Below are positions 39,401 to 54,400 of a stretch of 64,000 nt of DNA, piece by piece (positions within the stretch are counted from its first letter, which is position 1; every line of letters begins with the position of its first letter). The position numbers were made by a program, and so were the translations under genes. The notes under the pieces were generated by a model that was not told the origin of the DNA, did no database searches, and was given only the letters and a program-made list of their open reading frames with translations. The stretch covers positions 17,360,001 to 17,424,000 of the forward strand of contig NC_092671.1 of assembly GCF_964355755.1 (NCBI RefSeq). Direction: 5' to 3'. This DNA is from Antedon mediterranea (Eukaryota; Animalia; Echinodermata).

Positions 39401-42400
39401 GAAACATGCTACAACTTACATAATAGGTTCATTTTTACAAAATTGGAAAATCTATTGTTTGAAATTGTGGTCATACAAAACAACATAAAATGATATGATA
39501 ATAAAAATGTTCGAAAAACTAAACATATTCTGTTTCGTTTCATTTGATATAAAAACAACTAGAGTTACAATGATTTTTACAATTTTTCCATTTAAATGTC
39601 AGCATGTTTTATTAGGGCCTGTTTCTGCTGTATATCCTCAAAATACGGTATAAAATACAGTATATTTTATACTATATTTTTTAGTACCCTGTTTCTGCTA
39701 GAAGTACTATCTTGGGTGGTCATGTTAAAATTCATATTTTGTACCCAACCTGCCTTTCGATCCAAATGGGGACAAGATATCCTTCCTTGCGCGAATTAGA
39801 ATTTATCTTTGGCGATGTTGTAGACTTTGCATTCAGTTTCTTTTTGTTCTTTTATTGACTTGTTTCAGCAAGTCTGCAACCCGTACTCTCTTAATTTTTC
39901 CTAAATTATCTTTCTAAATCTGGCTGTCCTGTTTGTTCCCTTTTAAGTTTCCCAAAATCTTTGTTCTCAAACAGATTAATTGCAAATGTTGTGATGTTGT
40001 TCCTTACTTTCATTGACTATAGACTATCCATGTGTAAAAAGCTTATAGAAAATAAAACATACAGTATTTTTGTATTGGAAGCAGAAAATGATACACAAAA
40101 TACAGTATTTCATCCACAAATTTAGTAGGGTGAAAAACGGTATACTTTTGCAAGCACCATTTCTGCTGCCAAAAATATACCGTATATATGGTATTTAGAA
40201 AATATACCTTATTTGGCAGTAGAAACAGGTCATTATAAACATTTTTGAGGGATAGATTCCGGAGAGGAAATGTTAGAAAATAGGATTAGGAATATTGTTG
40301 ACATTTGGTTTGATACTCCAAGTAGGGTAACCTAGGTACTCTAATCGGTGTTTTATTTATACAGTTCTAGAATTTTTCAATCTTCTATCAGTAAACACAG
40401 AAATTAAGGTTGAAATATATTCAAGCTAGGTTCATTTACCTCAAATTCTACTATATTATATAAAAGAAGTTAACTAAGGTTTTTTTAGGATAATTCTTCT
40501 TTTCATTCATACATTCATTAAAGCATGCAAGGTTAACAGTCTTGTGTTACATGTACAATGTACCTAAATGAAGTAACAAGGATGAATGATTCAACCTGAG
40601 GAGTAGGCTAGGATAAGTTAAATTGCCTCAAACTCTACAGCATATGCAATTAATACAGTTTTAGGCTGAATTATAGTTTTCTATCAAAAAAATTGACATC
40701 CATCACAGGAATTAGGGTTAACACTCGATATGTTATGATTTAAGTCTCAGCAAAAATTTTAAGCCCAATATCAAAATAATTAATTCCGAACGTGAAGACA
40801 TAATTTACTTCCGTAGCAACATGATTAAAAGCCATATGATTCGAAACACATCTAATAATTAGTTGTTAAAGAACATTATGAATGTGAACATCGACGAATG
40901 TTCATGGCATTATCAGCATCCACAATAACTATGACATAATGCAAATCATTAAGAATACCTTACAGATAAGCTGTTGGCAAGGTCAAGATTAATTCCCATA
41001 AAAGCATGTTATTCTATATTTTATATTCATTTCTTTACTGATCAAAAAAACAAACCTATGTTATCTGTTATTAATAGTACATTTTGTTCTGCTTAATGCA
41101 GTGGAGTTGAACAGTGATATGAGCTAACCTTCCTGGATTTAAATAGTGGATGATCCGCAATTTTCCCTATAACCAAATTTATAACCCCTAAAGAATGTGT
41201 TCAGACACATTGTGTCGTAGCTATCATTGTTTAAAGTTATAATTAATTATAATAATGAATAATAAAAACAATATTATGAATGAAATATATGGTTAAACAT
41301 AATACGCTTTGGTCTATTTAAAATTTAAAAGTCTCAATTATGTGTTTTAGAAGTAAAAGCAAATTTACACAGGCGAGTGGTAACATTAAACTAGAAAACT
41401 GTGTAGCTTGTTCCATGTAGAATCTGTATCTATCATCCTGAGCGGAAACCACGAGTTCTCTTCACATTGTGTGTAAATGGTCATAAGGAACAACAAAGAT
41501 TCTATATTTTTATTACCGTTACCACTCGTCTGTGTAAATTGCCAGTAGATCTTCTGAAGGTAGGAGTAATCTAGTTCAGCCTAGTGATTAGTAATCTACT
41601 ATAGTGATAACATTAAATGGAGAACTATATTTAATTAGTTGTAAAACAAATTATAAATAATGCTATATACACCAGATAACAGAATATATGAATGACCATA
41701 CCACATTTTTGTTTGGAGAAATACAGTATATAGACTTACCCCTCCCCAGTTTAATGTTCGTGCAAGATCATTTCCTGTTCCCAGTGGAATTATAGCAACA
41801 GGAGGAAATGGCTTAAACTTGAGTTTGTCAAGTTCCGATAGGATCCATCCAACAGTGCCATCTCCTCCACCTACAAGAATCCGTAGATTAGGTACTTTGC
41901 GATACACTTCCAATCTGAAACATTTCAAGGAAACAATTTATATGATAAACTACTACTACTTGTATAAAGTAACTATATGAAAAAACTTTTTATTCGTTTA
42001 CATCTAATTAAATTGATAATCTATTATGAAATGTTTTATCTTTGATGCCATAGAGACATCCAAATTTAACATTGTGTAGGCCTACATATACAAATAAAGG
42101 AAGGCGATGTATGACTTATTGTAAACTTGTCTAGTCTGCCTGTCTGTTTGAAGTAATAAACAGGGTATGCCTACCAGCTTCTAACAGTAAATATGTGTGC
42201 ATCTGTATATGAAACCTTTTAACATATATTTACATAACTTTAAAATTTAATAACAGTTATTACCCCGAAGGAAGATTAATCCCAATAAAATGGATTGCGT
42301 TGACAGTTTTCATATATTAACAAATTATATTTGAATAAAACAAATAAAACTACAACCAATGTCCAAGGTTAATTACTTGTTGTGGGTACTATTGACCGTG

Positions 42401-45400
42401 AAAGGTTTTATTTTCAAAGTCCTTTTAATCTTTATACTCACGCTTCTCTCGGTCCATCCAGCATTAGGTCAAATACCTGGCGGGGATTAAGTAACCACTG
42501 GAATTTCACCAACAACTTAGCACCCTATTGTAAGAAGCACAGAATCATGTAATAACAATGATTTGGGGTAATATTCAGAGAATAAACAAATAAATGATTT
42601 TATTTTATGGTTGATGACCTACAATTTTACAATGCTAAATTATATAAAAATTAAAAAAAAATGCAATATGAAAAAGGTACAGTAGCTAAAAAATACAGAA
42701 TAAAAAACATTAAAAGATGAAAAGGACCAAGGGTAAGTTTGTACAGTGCTAAAATATAGAAAATTGTTCAAAAAAATGCTATATGAAAAGGTACAGTAGC
42801 TAGGCAATATAATGATTGACTTTCATTAAATGCAACTTATCTAATCTTTTTACAAAATGTTTAATATTTATATGTTAATTGTTCAAGTCATTACAAATAT
42901 TAATTTATAATAACACATTAAAATAATAATATGCCAGTCATTCCCCCTTGTATTCCCTACTGTTATTGTAATAACAATATATTATGAATGTAAGATGAAC
43001 CATCTTCTTTCAGTAAACTTGGTTATGGGCCAGTTGTAGTCACCACTGAAGTGAAATACTAAGTATATACAATAAACATATTATATATATGACTTGGGTA
43101 TATATTTTGATGTCATTTCTATATATATTGTAATGTAAACTTTTAAATATTTTATTGTTATTTTAATATTGTAAATTCAACAATGCTTACCTTGTTGCAA
43201 TAAAGAATGTTCATATTTGAATAATCATTGGTGGTATTTACTTAGATAGGAGAATTGTATGTGTTCTATTATAATGTGTTTTTCTCGCTCTTAGTATGAT
43301 TGGTAAATGGCGACTGTAGTTTTATAAATTGCGCAAATGTATGGTCTTTTCTTTTGTAGATTAGATGTTGCATATTGTAAACATTAGTTTTAGAATGATG
43401 AGCCTTAAATTACACAGAACTAACCTGATTACCACCGCTTTTTGGATTAATGAAAACCAGTAAAGGCTTGACATGAGGAGATGGAATTGATTTGATCACA
43501 AAGGGTCTTGTCGGCTTGCTTTCCTCTTTTTTGCTGCTCACTCGACGCTTTGTTGATGAACGTCGTTTCCTCCTTTGTGATGACTTAAAAGACGTCTACA
43601 AAGAAATTCAATCATAGCTTTCTAAATAAACAGATTTCTCTTTTTTTTTAGATGGTTCTTTTTTTGTTGTTGTTGTGATAGATCACTGATAGTGGAGTAT
43701 GGTAACAATTAATACATTCACTTCTTTTGCCCAGGGTTAAGTTAGGAAGAAATCACTCACTAATAACCATCGTAAACTTGATCAAGGCGAATGAATAGAA
43801 AAAAGGCTAGAAAAGAATTACCTTGCTCGTACATGGTAATATTAGGCAGCGCTTGAAGATCAAGAGTGGTCAGAAAACTTACATTAGAATAAAAAAAGGA
43901 TCAAATTTAAAAAAGATCAATTTAGTACAATGCTTAGCAAACCTATGTACTAAATTTCCATTATCCACGATTTCCATCAACATGATGTGCAAAAATAGTT
44001 AACACCATGGCTGATAATGTACAATATGTAATGTTATCAAGGCCATATAGCAAGAGGTTAAAATCAGACGAGGCAAAGGTGCTTTAAATATAATTATTAA
44101 TATAAAATATGACGATCTGTGCTGGGAAATTGGGGTGGGTGGTAAAAATTTCGGAAGAGGCAAGCGCCTCGTTTTCCTTATTCTGGCTCCAGCCCTGTTA
44201 TCACTTTGTTTGGGCATACAGTACAAAATGGGTTAGTAAAATCTATAGTAGTAGTGTAGCCCATGGTTGGATATGAAAAAATAATGATGCATAGGTAAAT
44301 ATATACTCACCGGAACTCTTTGTTTGGGCAGACGAATAATCCATGTTGGTGGAATAATGCACGATGCAAAAACTCCAAGATTACACGGTTCCTCAATTAG
44401 ACCCATTGTAAAACAAGACACTTTACTATGATACTAATAAAACGAACAAAAATACATACAGTTAGTGTTATTCGAAAGTTCTAAATTCTCTTACTCGCTG
44501 CTTTACTATTTTTGTTGCTGTTTCAATTATTTTAACAATATTGTATGTAATCTTAAAAACGATAACTTGATGTTCAACAGTTGCTGTAGTAAAACAGCAA
44601 ATCTATCGAAAGTGAGTTTTTAGTAGTAGGTAATTGTATGTGTGTTAAGGTAATGTGTTCCTTTGTATGTATATGAATTGTAATTATCTAATATATTAAT
44701 AATATTTTATAAATATTATGATTGCAATAAAGATTATTTGAAAGGTATGGTTGACAACCATCTACCTTTATTTTCTTTGAGACATAAGAACCTTTCCAAT
44801 GAATGAAATAAAATAATGATTTTCTAAGCTATCATATCAGTTCAAATTGAGTTCAAAATAAGGATGGTATTTAGAAAAATATGAGGAACCATATTGCAAT
44901 TATCATTCTGATACAATCATTATATATGATTGACAATTGCTTTGCTCATTTTTTTATTATCATTGTTTCTCTCAAAAGAACAATGATTCATTTTAAAATG
45001 TCGAGCGGTGTTTTTTGTAAGAAATATTTCTTGTTTATCAGTGTTTCTATAACTGTCAGAGTGTGTAAATATGATAATAATGATATTATTAATAATAATA
45101 ATGATAATATTGAGATTCAGTGGAGTAGTGCTTGGGTCATGCGTTTGACAGCTAAAATTAAATTTTACTATTAATATTATTATGTTAGAGCTTTCCCTTT
45201 AAAAAAATCCTAGATCCAACCATGATATACAAATATATTGGGTTTATTATTTTCATTTAGTATTTAGTGTTTAAGTATACAAACAGTTGAATACATACTG
45301 CTACTTTGCACCAAGAACAACTAATCGCTATGATGTCTTTTTGCTGGAAAAGTTTTTGTTGAAAGCCACGAGCACATTGTTTACATTTTCCTTCCTGTCG

Positions 45401-48400
45401 CCTTCTGTGTACCCAGTGATGTCGTACAACTAGATTCTAAAAAAAGACATTTTGAAAAGGTTATTTTTAAACTGAACTGGACTCAAATTGAATAGAGTGG
45501 TGTAAAACTATTATACCGTAGAAGTTACTCAGGACCCAACAAAGTATCATAAAAATAGGTGTCTCCTGAATGGGTATGTTCTGAGGGTCCCAAATGATCA
45601 GCCACTGCTGGATGGATCACTCTCATTAAATATGGTTAAAATAAAAAAATAAATGGGGTTGGTAGTGGTACTAGTGTCAAAACACGTATTTCCCTTTGTT
45701 TGTTTCACAGGAATAAAGATGCCCGCTGTGTCCTTAAATAGGTGTTTCAAAGAAGGGGTTTTACTGTAGCATCAAAATTACTTTTATTGTGGTACATTGT
45801 GTTTGTGCCGACTAGTTCAAATCTAGTTTTCATTAGGTTTGAACAGTTTGCTGACTAGTTCAAATCTAGTTTTCATTAGGTTTGCACAGTTTGCTGACTA
45901 GTTCAAATCTAGTTTTCATTAAGTTTTGCACAGTTTGCTGCCTAGTTAAAATATAGTTTTCATTAGGTTTCGCACAGTTTGCTGACTAGTTCAAATCAGT
46001 TTTCGTTAGGTTTGCACAGTTTGCTGACTAGTTCAAATCTAGTTTTCATTAGGTTTGCACAGTTTGCTGACTAGTTCAAATCTAGTTTTCATTAGGTTTG
46101 CACAGTTTGCTGACTAGTTCAAATCTAGTTTTTATTAGGTTTGCACAGTTTGCTGACTAGTTCAAATCTAGTTTCGTTAGGTTTGAACCGTTTGCTGACT
46201 AGTTCAAATCTAGTTTTCATTAGGTTTGAACAATTTGCTGACTAGTTCAAATATAGTTTTCATTAGGTTTGAACAGTGACTAGTTCAAATCTAGTTTTCA
46301 TTAGGTTTCGCACAGTTTGCTGCCTAGTTCAAATCTAGTTTTCATTAGGTTTTGCACAGTTTGCTGACTAGTTCAAATCTAGTTTTCGTTAGGTTTGCAC
46401 AGTTTGCTGACTAGTTCAAATCTAGTTTTCGTTAGGTTTGCACAGTTTGCTGACTAGTTCAAATATAGTTTTCGTTAGGTTTGCACAGTTTGCTGACTAG
46501 TTCAAATCTAGTTTTCGTTAGGTTTGCACAGTTTGCTGACTAGTTCAAATCTAGTTTTCATTAGGTTTTGCACAGTTTGCTGACTAGTTCAAATCTAGTT
46601 TTCGTTAGGTTTGCACAGTTTGCTGACTAGTTCAAATCTAGTTTTCATTAGGTTTTGCACAGTTTGCTGACTAGTTCAAATATAGTTTTCGTTAGGTTTG
46701 CACAGTTTGCTGACTAGTTCAAATATAGTTTTCGTTAGGTTTGCACAGTTTGCTGACTAGTTCAAATCAGTTTTCGTTAGGTTTGCACGGTTTGCTGACT
46801 AGTTCAAATCTAGTTTTCGTTAGGTTTGCACAGTTTGCCGACTAGTTCAAATCTAGTTTTCATTAGGTTTGCACAGTTAACTATCATTCTGGCATGTATG
46901 TTAATAATAATAATAATATTTATTAGTTACTCTCCTTTCTAAACTGAGGAACACTCTCGTAACAAGAGGTTTGCCCAGCACAAAATTACAGTCATAGTTA
47001 CAATATGTATAGATACAAAAGTTAATAATTGTTCACAATTACAAAACATCATGCAGTACAAATATATTTAAATATTTAATATTTCAAACTAAATTAACTC
47101 AAACAAAATGATTTATTTATTATCTACAATCCTACAAAATGCACTTATTCACGTAAATTAACTCAAATTTAAACATAACAGATGTGGAACCTTTATAAAC
47201 TTGACAGAAGTTGGGACCACGATATGTGATTGGTTAGTGATTTCAGGTTATTTTCTAGTATGAAAATCTCTGTGATGAAGTTGAATATTACAGAATTGAA
47301 CCCAGAAGCATGGGATTAGAAAACTGACATTATAACCACTCTACCATTGTTAAAAACATTTTATTGGATTTACCTCTTCATTTATAGGATTAACACTTTA
47401 CATATCGTAGACTTATGTGCTTAAATAATAATCTGTCAGAAATATCATAGTTTACTTACGTCACGGTAATTTCTAAAACTTGCATCTCTGAAATTCGGTT
47501 TACACTTAAAGTTGATTCTTTCAAGCTGCCTCATACAAGATGTATGTACAATAATTTTACATGATGAACATTTTCTTCGTGAACCAGTTTTCTGCATAAT
47601 TAAAGAAAAAAAAATTGATTAAATATATTTAAAAGATGCCTTGGATCTTTCAAACCTGTTCCGGCACGGTTCCAGTCAGGCACCATCAACGTCAATGTTT
47701 CGTTTTCACGCAGCTATACGCATTTTCAATTGGCGCATAGCCACGTGGAGCGTCGTGTTTCCGGAACTGTGCTAGGACAGGTGTGAAACCCTTTATACTA
47801 TGATGCACTGTAAATTCCCTCATGCTTGTTGTCCAGGTATCCTTGCATGAATTATCAGGCACTATTATGCAATTGCTGAATTAATGGTAACAGTGTTTTG
47901 CATGGCTGCAGTTAGTCTATTGCATAATTATGAAACAAAACATTTGTGAAGTGTCATACTATATCTATCAGCTATTTCTCATAAAATTTGCAAATAAAAC
48001 AGATACAAACACAGATTCCTTTTATTATCCAATATAATGGAAATTACAGTGCTCATATCTTGGCTTGCCTTACATAAATATAAAAAAAGGGAAAAAAGAA
48101 CTTTCTAACAAATCTTTTGTTATAATGTCGTATCCCAGCTGGGTAGAACGAGTACTTGTAACAGTCCGTCTGCGCATTTACCGTTCTCATTCTACCACTT
48201 CTAAACTAAATTCTGAGATAGATAGTTATAAAACAATTAAGCAAATTTCTTCCCCTATTAAACCAGGATTTTTCAGTACCTGTCATTTACATAATCTTGT
48301 GATTACGATTTCAACCATTTTTTTTGTCTCCGTTTTTATGAGTGGTAGTAGTAAATAATGATAGTAGGGGAAGGTAAGCCTGTCTTGCGCGTATGATAAA

Positions 48401-51400
48401 ATAATGATAATAGATAATAGCACGTCTATTGTTTGAGTCGCAGTTTCAAAATTCAAATTTAAATGTCTAAAATAACAAAATGTTTGATTTGCTGTGATTT
48501 ATTTCGATACCGTACAAGAAAAAAAAAAAACAGATCAAAACGAAAACAAAAAAACGCAATCATTTTGTATGGTACCAGGGAGGGATAGAAGAGTGACAAA
48601 TAATGATAATTTGTACATTTAAAAGTGTTTCCAAAACAACACCTTTTTAATTCTTAGAATATCCAAGACAAATTATGTAGAAAATCATTCCCTCTGGTGT
48701 GACTTTAACACTAGATTAATTATGATATTATCAGTGTGTTTGTTCATTATAAAAGTTGGTATAGATGAGGTTAATATATTGATTACAATGTAAGTTATTT
48801 CTTCCTAGGGAATTTGAAAGGTTTTACGTGAATGAATTATTTCATTTTAGTGATTTAACATTTTGTAATCTTAGCTAGGATTAGGATTTTTCATTACTTT
48901 ATTATTTTATAATGTTTCTATTGACAAATTAAAAAATAACAGTTAATTTCTATTTATTTTTTTTATTATTTCACCTTATTTATAAATGGTGACCCTAAAC
49001 AGTGTATGCTGACAATCAAGAGCTCTTGATGAGTTATGAAAAGTGTGTGTGTGACAGTGGCTGTGTGTATACTAGTACCCTGGGGTAACCTCCTACTCAT
49101 CTCGAAGGATTTACTAGATTCTTTAAAGTACACATGAGCCAGATGTGTACACTGAACCTACGGTTTATATTTCTAACACCAGCACCATGGATCGAGTGAG
49201 GCTCGAACCCTTGCCGATGTTAATGTGGCAAGGTATTACGGTTCTACTGTCGTAAGCGTTTGGCCACTCACTCGCCTTTCTATGAATCTGGTTTTGGTAG
49301 TTGTTTAAAAAAATAATGTTACAGCTTAAATTTTTACTCCGTGGGGAAAAGAACTCATAAGGGACATAAACACCAAGATTCTTATAATCATCAACAACAA
49401 AATCGTACAACATACAACATCATCAGGTCAACATCACCCTATTTATTATCAAGACCAGGAAAAGTAAGAATGTGCAGTGTGTGACGTGACAAGCAGTATC
49501 GATAGTGGCTATGAAAAAAAAATTTAAAATTATGACCGCAGATGGTCGTACAAACTTAAATATTGTAAATTGATTGTGTGCAAGCTTTTTTGTTATATTT
49601 TAATGCAGAAATCAACACGTATACATCAAAATTTAGTTATCTTTGTAATCTGGAAGAAAATGTGGAAAATTGGGAGTATGATGTTGGACCGAGAGACGAG
49701 TCTAAAATACAGGAGTCTTTGCATGTACAGTATGGTACAATTAGGCATAGGGTTCTCATCACTAATATTATTGAACACCAATTAATCGTTTGATTTATAT
49801 AGCGCCATTCCAAGAGTTATTGATCATGGCGCTGCCAAAAATATCAGAAAATGTGAGTTTTGATTAGTGTTTAATGTTCAAAGGCAGGTGGTTCCAGAGC
49901 CTAGGTCCAGCAATACTGAAAGTCCAATCTCCCCAAACTATGTTTGCTCCTCGGAATGTGCAGTAGAACCTGATGACTAGATCTTAGTTCTCGCTTTCTC
50001 TTGATTGTCAATAATTCTGAGAGGTATTTGCGAGGGCAACTATTTAGGCATCGGAACACCAGCAGCAGGATCTTAAATTGAACACACAACTCCATGTATG
50101 TCTCTAGTATGTATTTTCAATGTCTTACATTTTCAATTTTTACCACCAGCGTTCATCGCCGCTTCCTAGTTGCCAGCAAAGCTCATTAATAATTACATCT
50201 TTGCCTCATCCGTTTGAAACCTCTCACACTTAAGGCCATTAACTTTTACATCGTTAATGTTATACACATTATCATTAATTAACTTTTAATCTCATAATCA
50301 GATCAACAATCATCATCAACATCTTTCCAGTACTGAATGATTACATATTATAAGAATACATTTTGTTTGGTACAAAATCATGTAAAACATTCTTTAAATG
50401 TGTTGACTTAGAAAAATGAAAATCTTTCATTTGGTCTTGACACGAATTATTGATTCGTTACTCCAGTTAATATTGAAGCTCTGTCACGTTCCCTACATTC
50501 CACATTTTAAATCAAGTTATATGCAAATACAGTTTCCATAGCAACCACAATACTGTCTACTAGAGTTGCAGCGAAGAGCAATTATCGGTCACTGTATTAT
50601 AGTGAGAAGTGTATTGGCAAATGATTAAAAATATGAAATAGGTGGTAGCGCTTAATTGATATAATAACATGGAGAGAAACTACTGTTCCATGATTAGAAT
50701 CTAAATATAGAACATTCTATATATATATATAGCACTCAGAATAATTCAAATGCAACCACAAAAGCCACAACAGTGTCTGACATGGCAGATATAGTTTGAT
50801 GAATAATGAACGCTATATATAATTAATGTTATACCTGGGAATTCTGCAAACAGCACTTACAAAATAAAAAACATGAAAAAAGATATAGAACAAACTGAAA
50901 AATTAATTAACCTACTATTGTTATATAATTAAACCATTATTAATTACTGAATAATCATTAATGAATTCTATTTATAAGCATATACAAATTCGGTATTTTG
51001 CAATGTTGTCATCGCCCTACATCAGGATCTTAATTTAGTTTCAGGCATGATGGTAAAAAATTCATTGTAAAACAATTCAAGTTCTTTACAGCCAGAGAAC
51101 ATGCGAATAAATATTCATTATTATTAGTAATGAAGAATTTACATGCAGTACAGTAATAGTTATTCAAAATTTCGGAGATTAAACAAGGTTAGTTAAACGA
51201 GGGGTCACTAAACACATATACCCTACAGGCCTTTTTTTTTTAATAATATAAAAATACACCTTTCCTGGTGTAACTGTCAAAATGAAATTAAAATAATTAT
51301 ACATTTTTTTTATAACATTTTAGGAAAGAAAATTCAAATTTGTATTGAGACATTACTTGCATATTTTTCCTATCACACTTTATCAAATATCCTCACATCC

Positions 51401-54400
51401 TAGTCTATCTTCTAAATTCTGAAAATTGTTTAATTTAAATTCCACATGTGTCATTATGCAAATGTATTAAATTGGTAAAATGCAGTGATGTGCAATAACA
51501 CAGCCAGTAATCACAGTTTAGTTGACATTATTGTATAATATTTAATCGGAAATTTCAGGAAAAAAAATGAAATAGCATAATCAGTCTGTATTCCTATTTG
51601 AAAAAATAACATCTTTAGGTAAATAAGTTTGATTTCAATTCCATTATGCAAATTTATCAATCAGTAAAATGCAATTTTTTTACATATAATAAAAATTCCA
51701 TGAAGATCATATTTTAGTTGAGAAGAAAGATCAATAAATTGGCTTTTTCTTTTGAAGATGATTAAATTATATAAATAAAAATTAATTTTAATTTGCTTTC
51801 TATTCTGCCAAAACTTCTAAAAATGAGATGAGTTAATAATATATTAATATTATATAATAACAAATACAACAACTTATTAAATTAAATTTTAAATCTCATA
51901 TTTAATTTGGCAAACTATTTTTTTAATGTCATAATGCAAATTATTCAGATTTTCACATGTGTCTTTATGCAAATGAATCAATTTTAATGCAGTCATGCAA
52001 ATCATCTTAACATGCAGGTATATACCACATTGTTGGCAGCAAGCTTTTTGGAAGAGATGGAGTTGCGTCTATTATTATGAGATGACTAAATAAGAAAATA
52101 CAATTTATAAAACAGTTAAATTTACAAAGAATTAAAAATTAATAAAATAATTATCTACATAATAACATTTTAAATGAAATTTATTTAATTAATTAACAAA
52201 AAATTTTAATTACTGACATACAAGTATTATAAATTATCTGTTAAAGGCATATGTGTATCACATGGATGGGGAATGTCGTGTACAGATAAAATATTGTGGA
52301 AGAGAAAGGGAGAAAAAGTAAATAACTGCCTTTAACAAATTATTGAGTAAAAATAACTTTTAAAACATCTTCCACACAAAAATACCTTAAACCTACTATA
52401 TCGATTATTAGAAAATGATAATATTTTAAAATAAAATAAATAAAGATTATTACAGCCAATACTTAAAATATCATAGCATATAATAAGTATAAATATAAAT
52501 AAATTGTAATTGAAAATAATTTTTATCAAAAACAATATTCATATCCTCATTGCCAAATAAAATGTGTTACATCTTAAAGAGAATTTTGTCATATTATTAT
52601 AATAATTGATTTTCAATATTCATTCATTCTTTCTATCTTTATATACATGATTATAATCATTAACTATATTTTCGATAAGAATCATTCTTTGAAAAAATAT
52701 TGATTGAATATAAGTTTACTACTGTATGGCTGTTTCAACATTAATATATTTTTTATTAATAAAAGCTTTCGATTGAAATATTTTCTTTTGTCTGCTCATA
52801 GTTTTTAGTATTTTGCTATAAATGTACTAAAGCTTTCTAAAATTGTCAGAGGAAGATGAAAGAATAAAAACATTTTGATGAAATGATTATTATTAGAGGA
52901 GGGGACAGAAGTGTAGAAGATCACTAGGCAAGATGAATGACTGGACAAACTTTTACTAAGGCTCAACATTTTCCTAAAACTTACGTGTCAAAGAAGATGA
53001 TCAAAAAGAGATAACGAAGAAGATTAACAGATAAAGCACTTGCTATGATTAACAAGGATCAGAAGGAGGTAGAGTGGGAAATATTAAAGTATATGTATTA
53101 GCATTAAAACATCAAATGACACTCTAAACAGAAGAAAAAATCTAAAATGATCGTTTCACTCCTAATAATGAATTAGAATTTGTATGTATAATCATGAATT
53201 TTGCCCTATCATAAGAGCTTTTCTTTCAGGGTAATTTTGCTGCAATAACAATTTTTGCCTACATCCATGCATGCCACCATCATCATATTTTTGTCAATGC
53301 ATGCATTATCACCAAATATGGTCATATCAAAATGACATTTATAGAATTACATGAACTTTGCCCTGTCATAAACCTCTTTTCCATGGTAACATCCTATGGG
53401 TCTAAATGATTGTTGTAACTTACCAAACAATCTTGTTCTCCGACATAACAACATTCCCCTGAGGCATTTGTCTCTTGCCATAAGTGGTCACCTAATATCG
53501 CATTTTCCTGAAAAAAGAGAAATGATAACAGGAAGGAAAATGTATTACAACTACATTTTAATTTAGGAGATAACTGAAATATAATGAGGATATTAGAATT
53601 GTTAATACCATAGAGATTGTGCTACAGTGGTCTAATATGTGATACTATCTATATGAATGTTGATATTTATCATTTGTACCATTACTGAACTTAACCAATT
53701 TTTAAACTGTATGGAGTTGGTTTGGACACTTGACTGTCATACAGATAGACTCAGGTTCAATTCCCGACAACTCCCAGTCCACTCAGCTGTAAATAAATAC
53801 CTGGTTGAAAATACAAGGGAGAAAAAAGGCGGCGTGGAAAGGAACTGGCCACCCTACCACATAATGCCGAGGCTTAGTACAATGAGCTCCTAACAGCTCA
53901 TTCCCTTACGTCAAAGAATATATATCACAAGAATGAGTATTTCGCGATTTTTGCATGAGAAATTTGTAACAGAGAGCTCCAGTGAGTGATGCCCGCCCTC
54001 ATAAGGGCGGACGTATACATACTAAATAAGACTTGATTTAATAGATATTATGCATGTCACATTAAATAGAATTATGATAATAGTTTTTGCAATTGTAAAC
54101 TATTTTATAATACATATTTATTAACAAACTAGTGTACATTCACTTTTACAGACAATTATTTACTAACATGCTAAGTTAGTTCACAAAAAAGGCCTAACAC
54201 AGCAACACCAAAATCAATGAATCGTTACTCAGCATGGCCTATTCTTTACCATTGCCGTGTACTACTCTACATTAAGTATTGTTTTTATGATATAAATTAG
54301 TATAAAATACATGTTATTAATAGGACAAAATGTTAAATGTCATTAACATTTATTTGTTTTACCAGAAACAAGTTAAATATAGGAATATTATTAAACTATC

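Noticed and set aside
45805-46878. CRISPR-like array
   Set aside because: Units are head-to-tail with no unique spacers, there are no cas genes, and it lies in a eukaryotic intron: a minisatellite.
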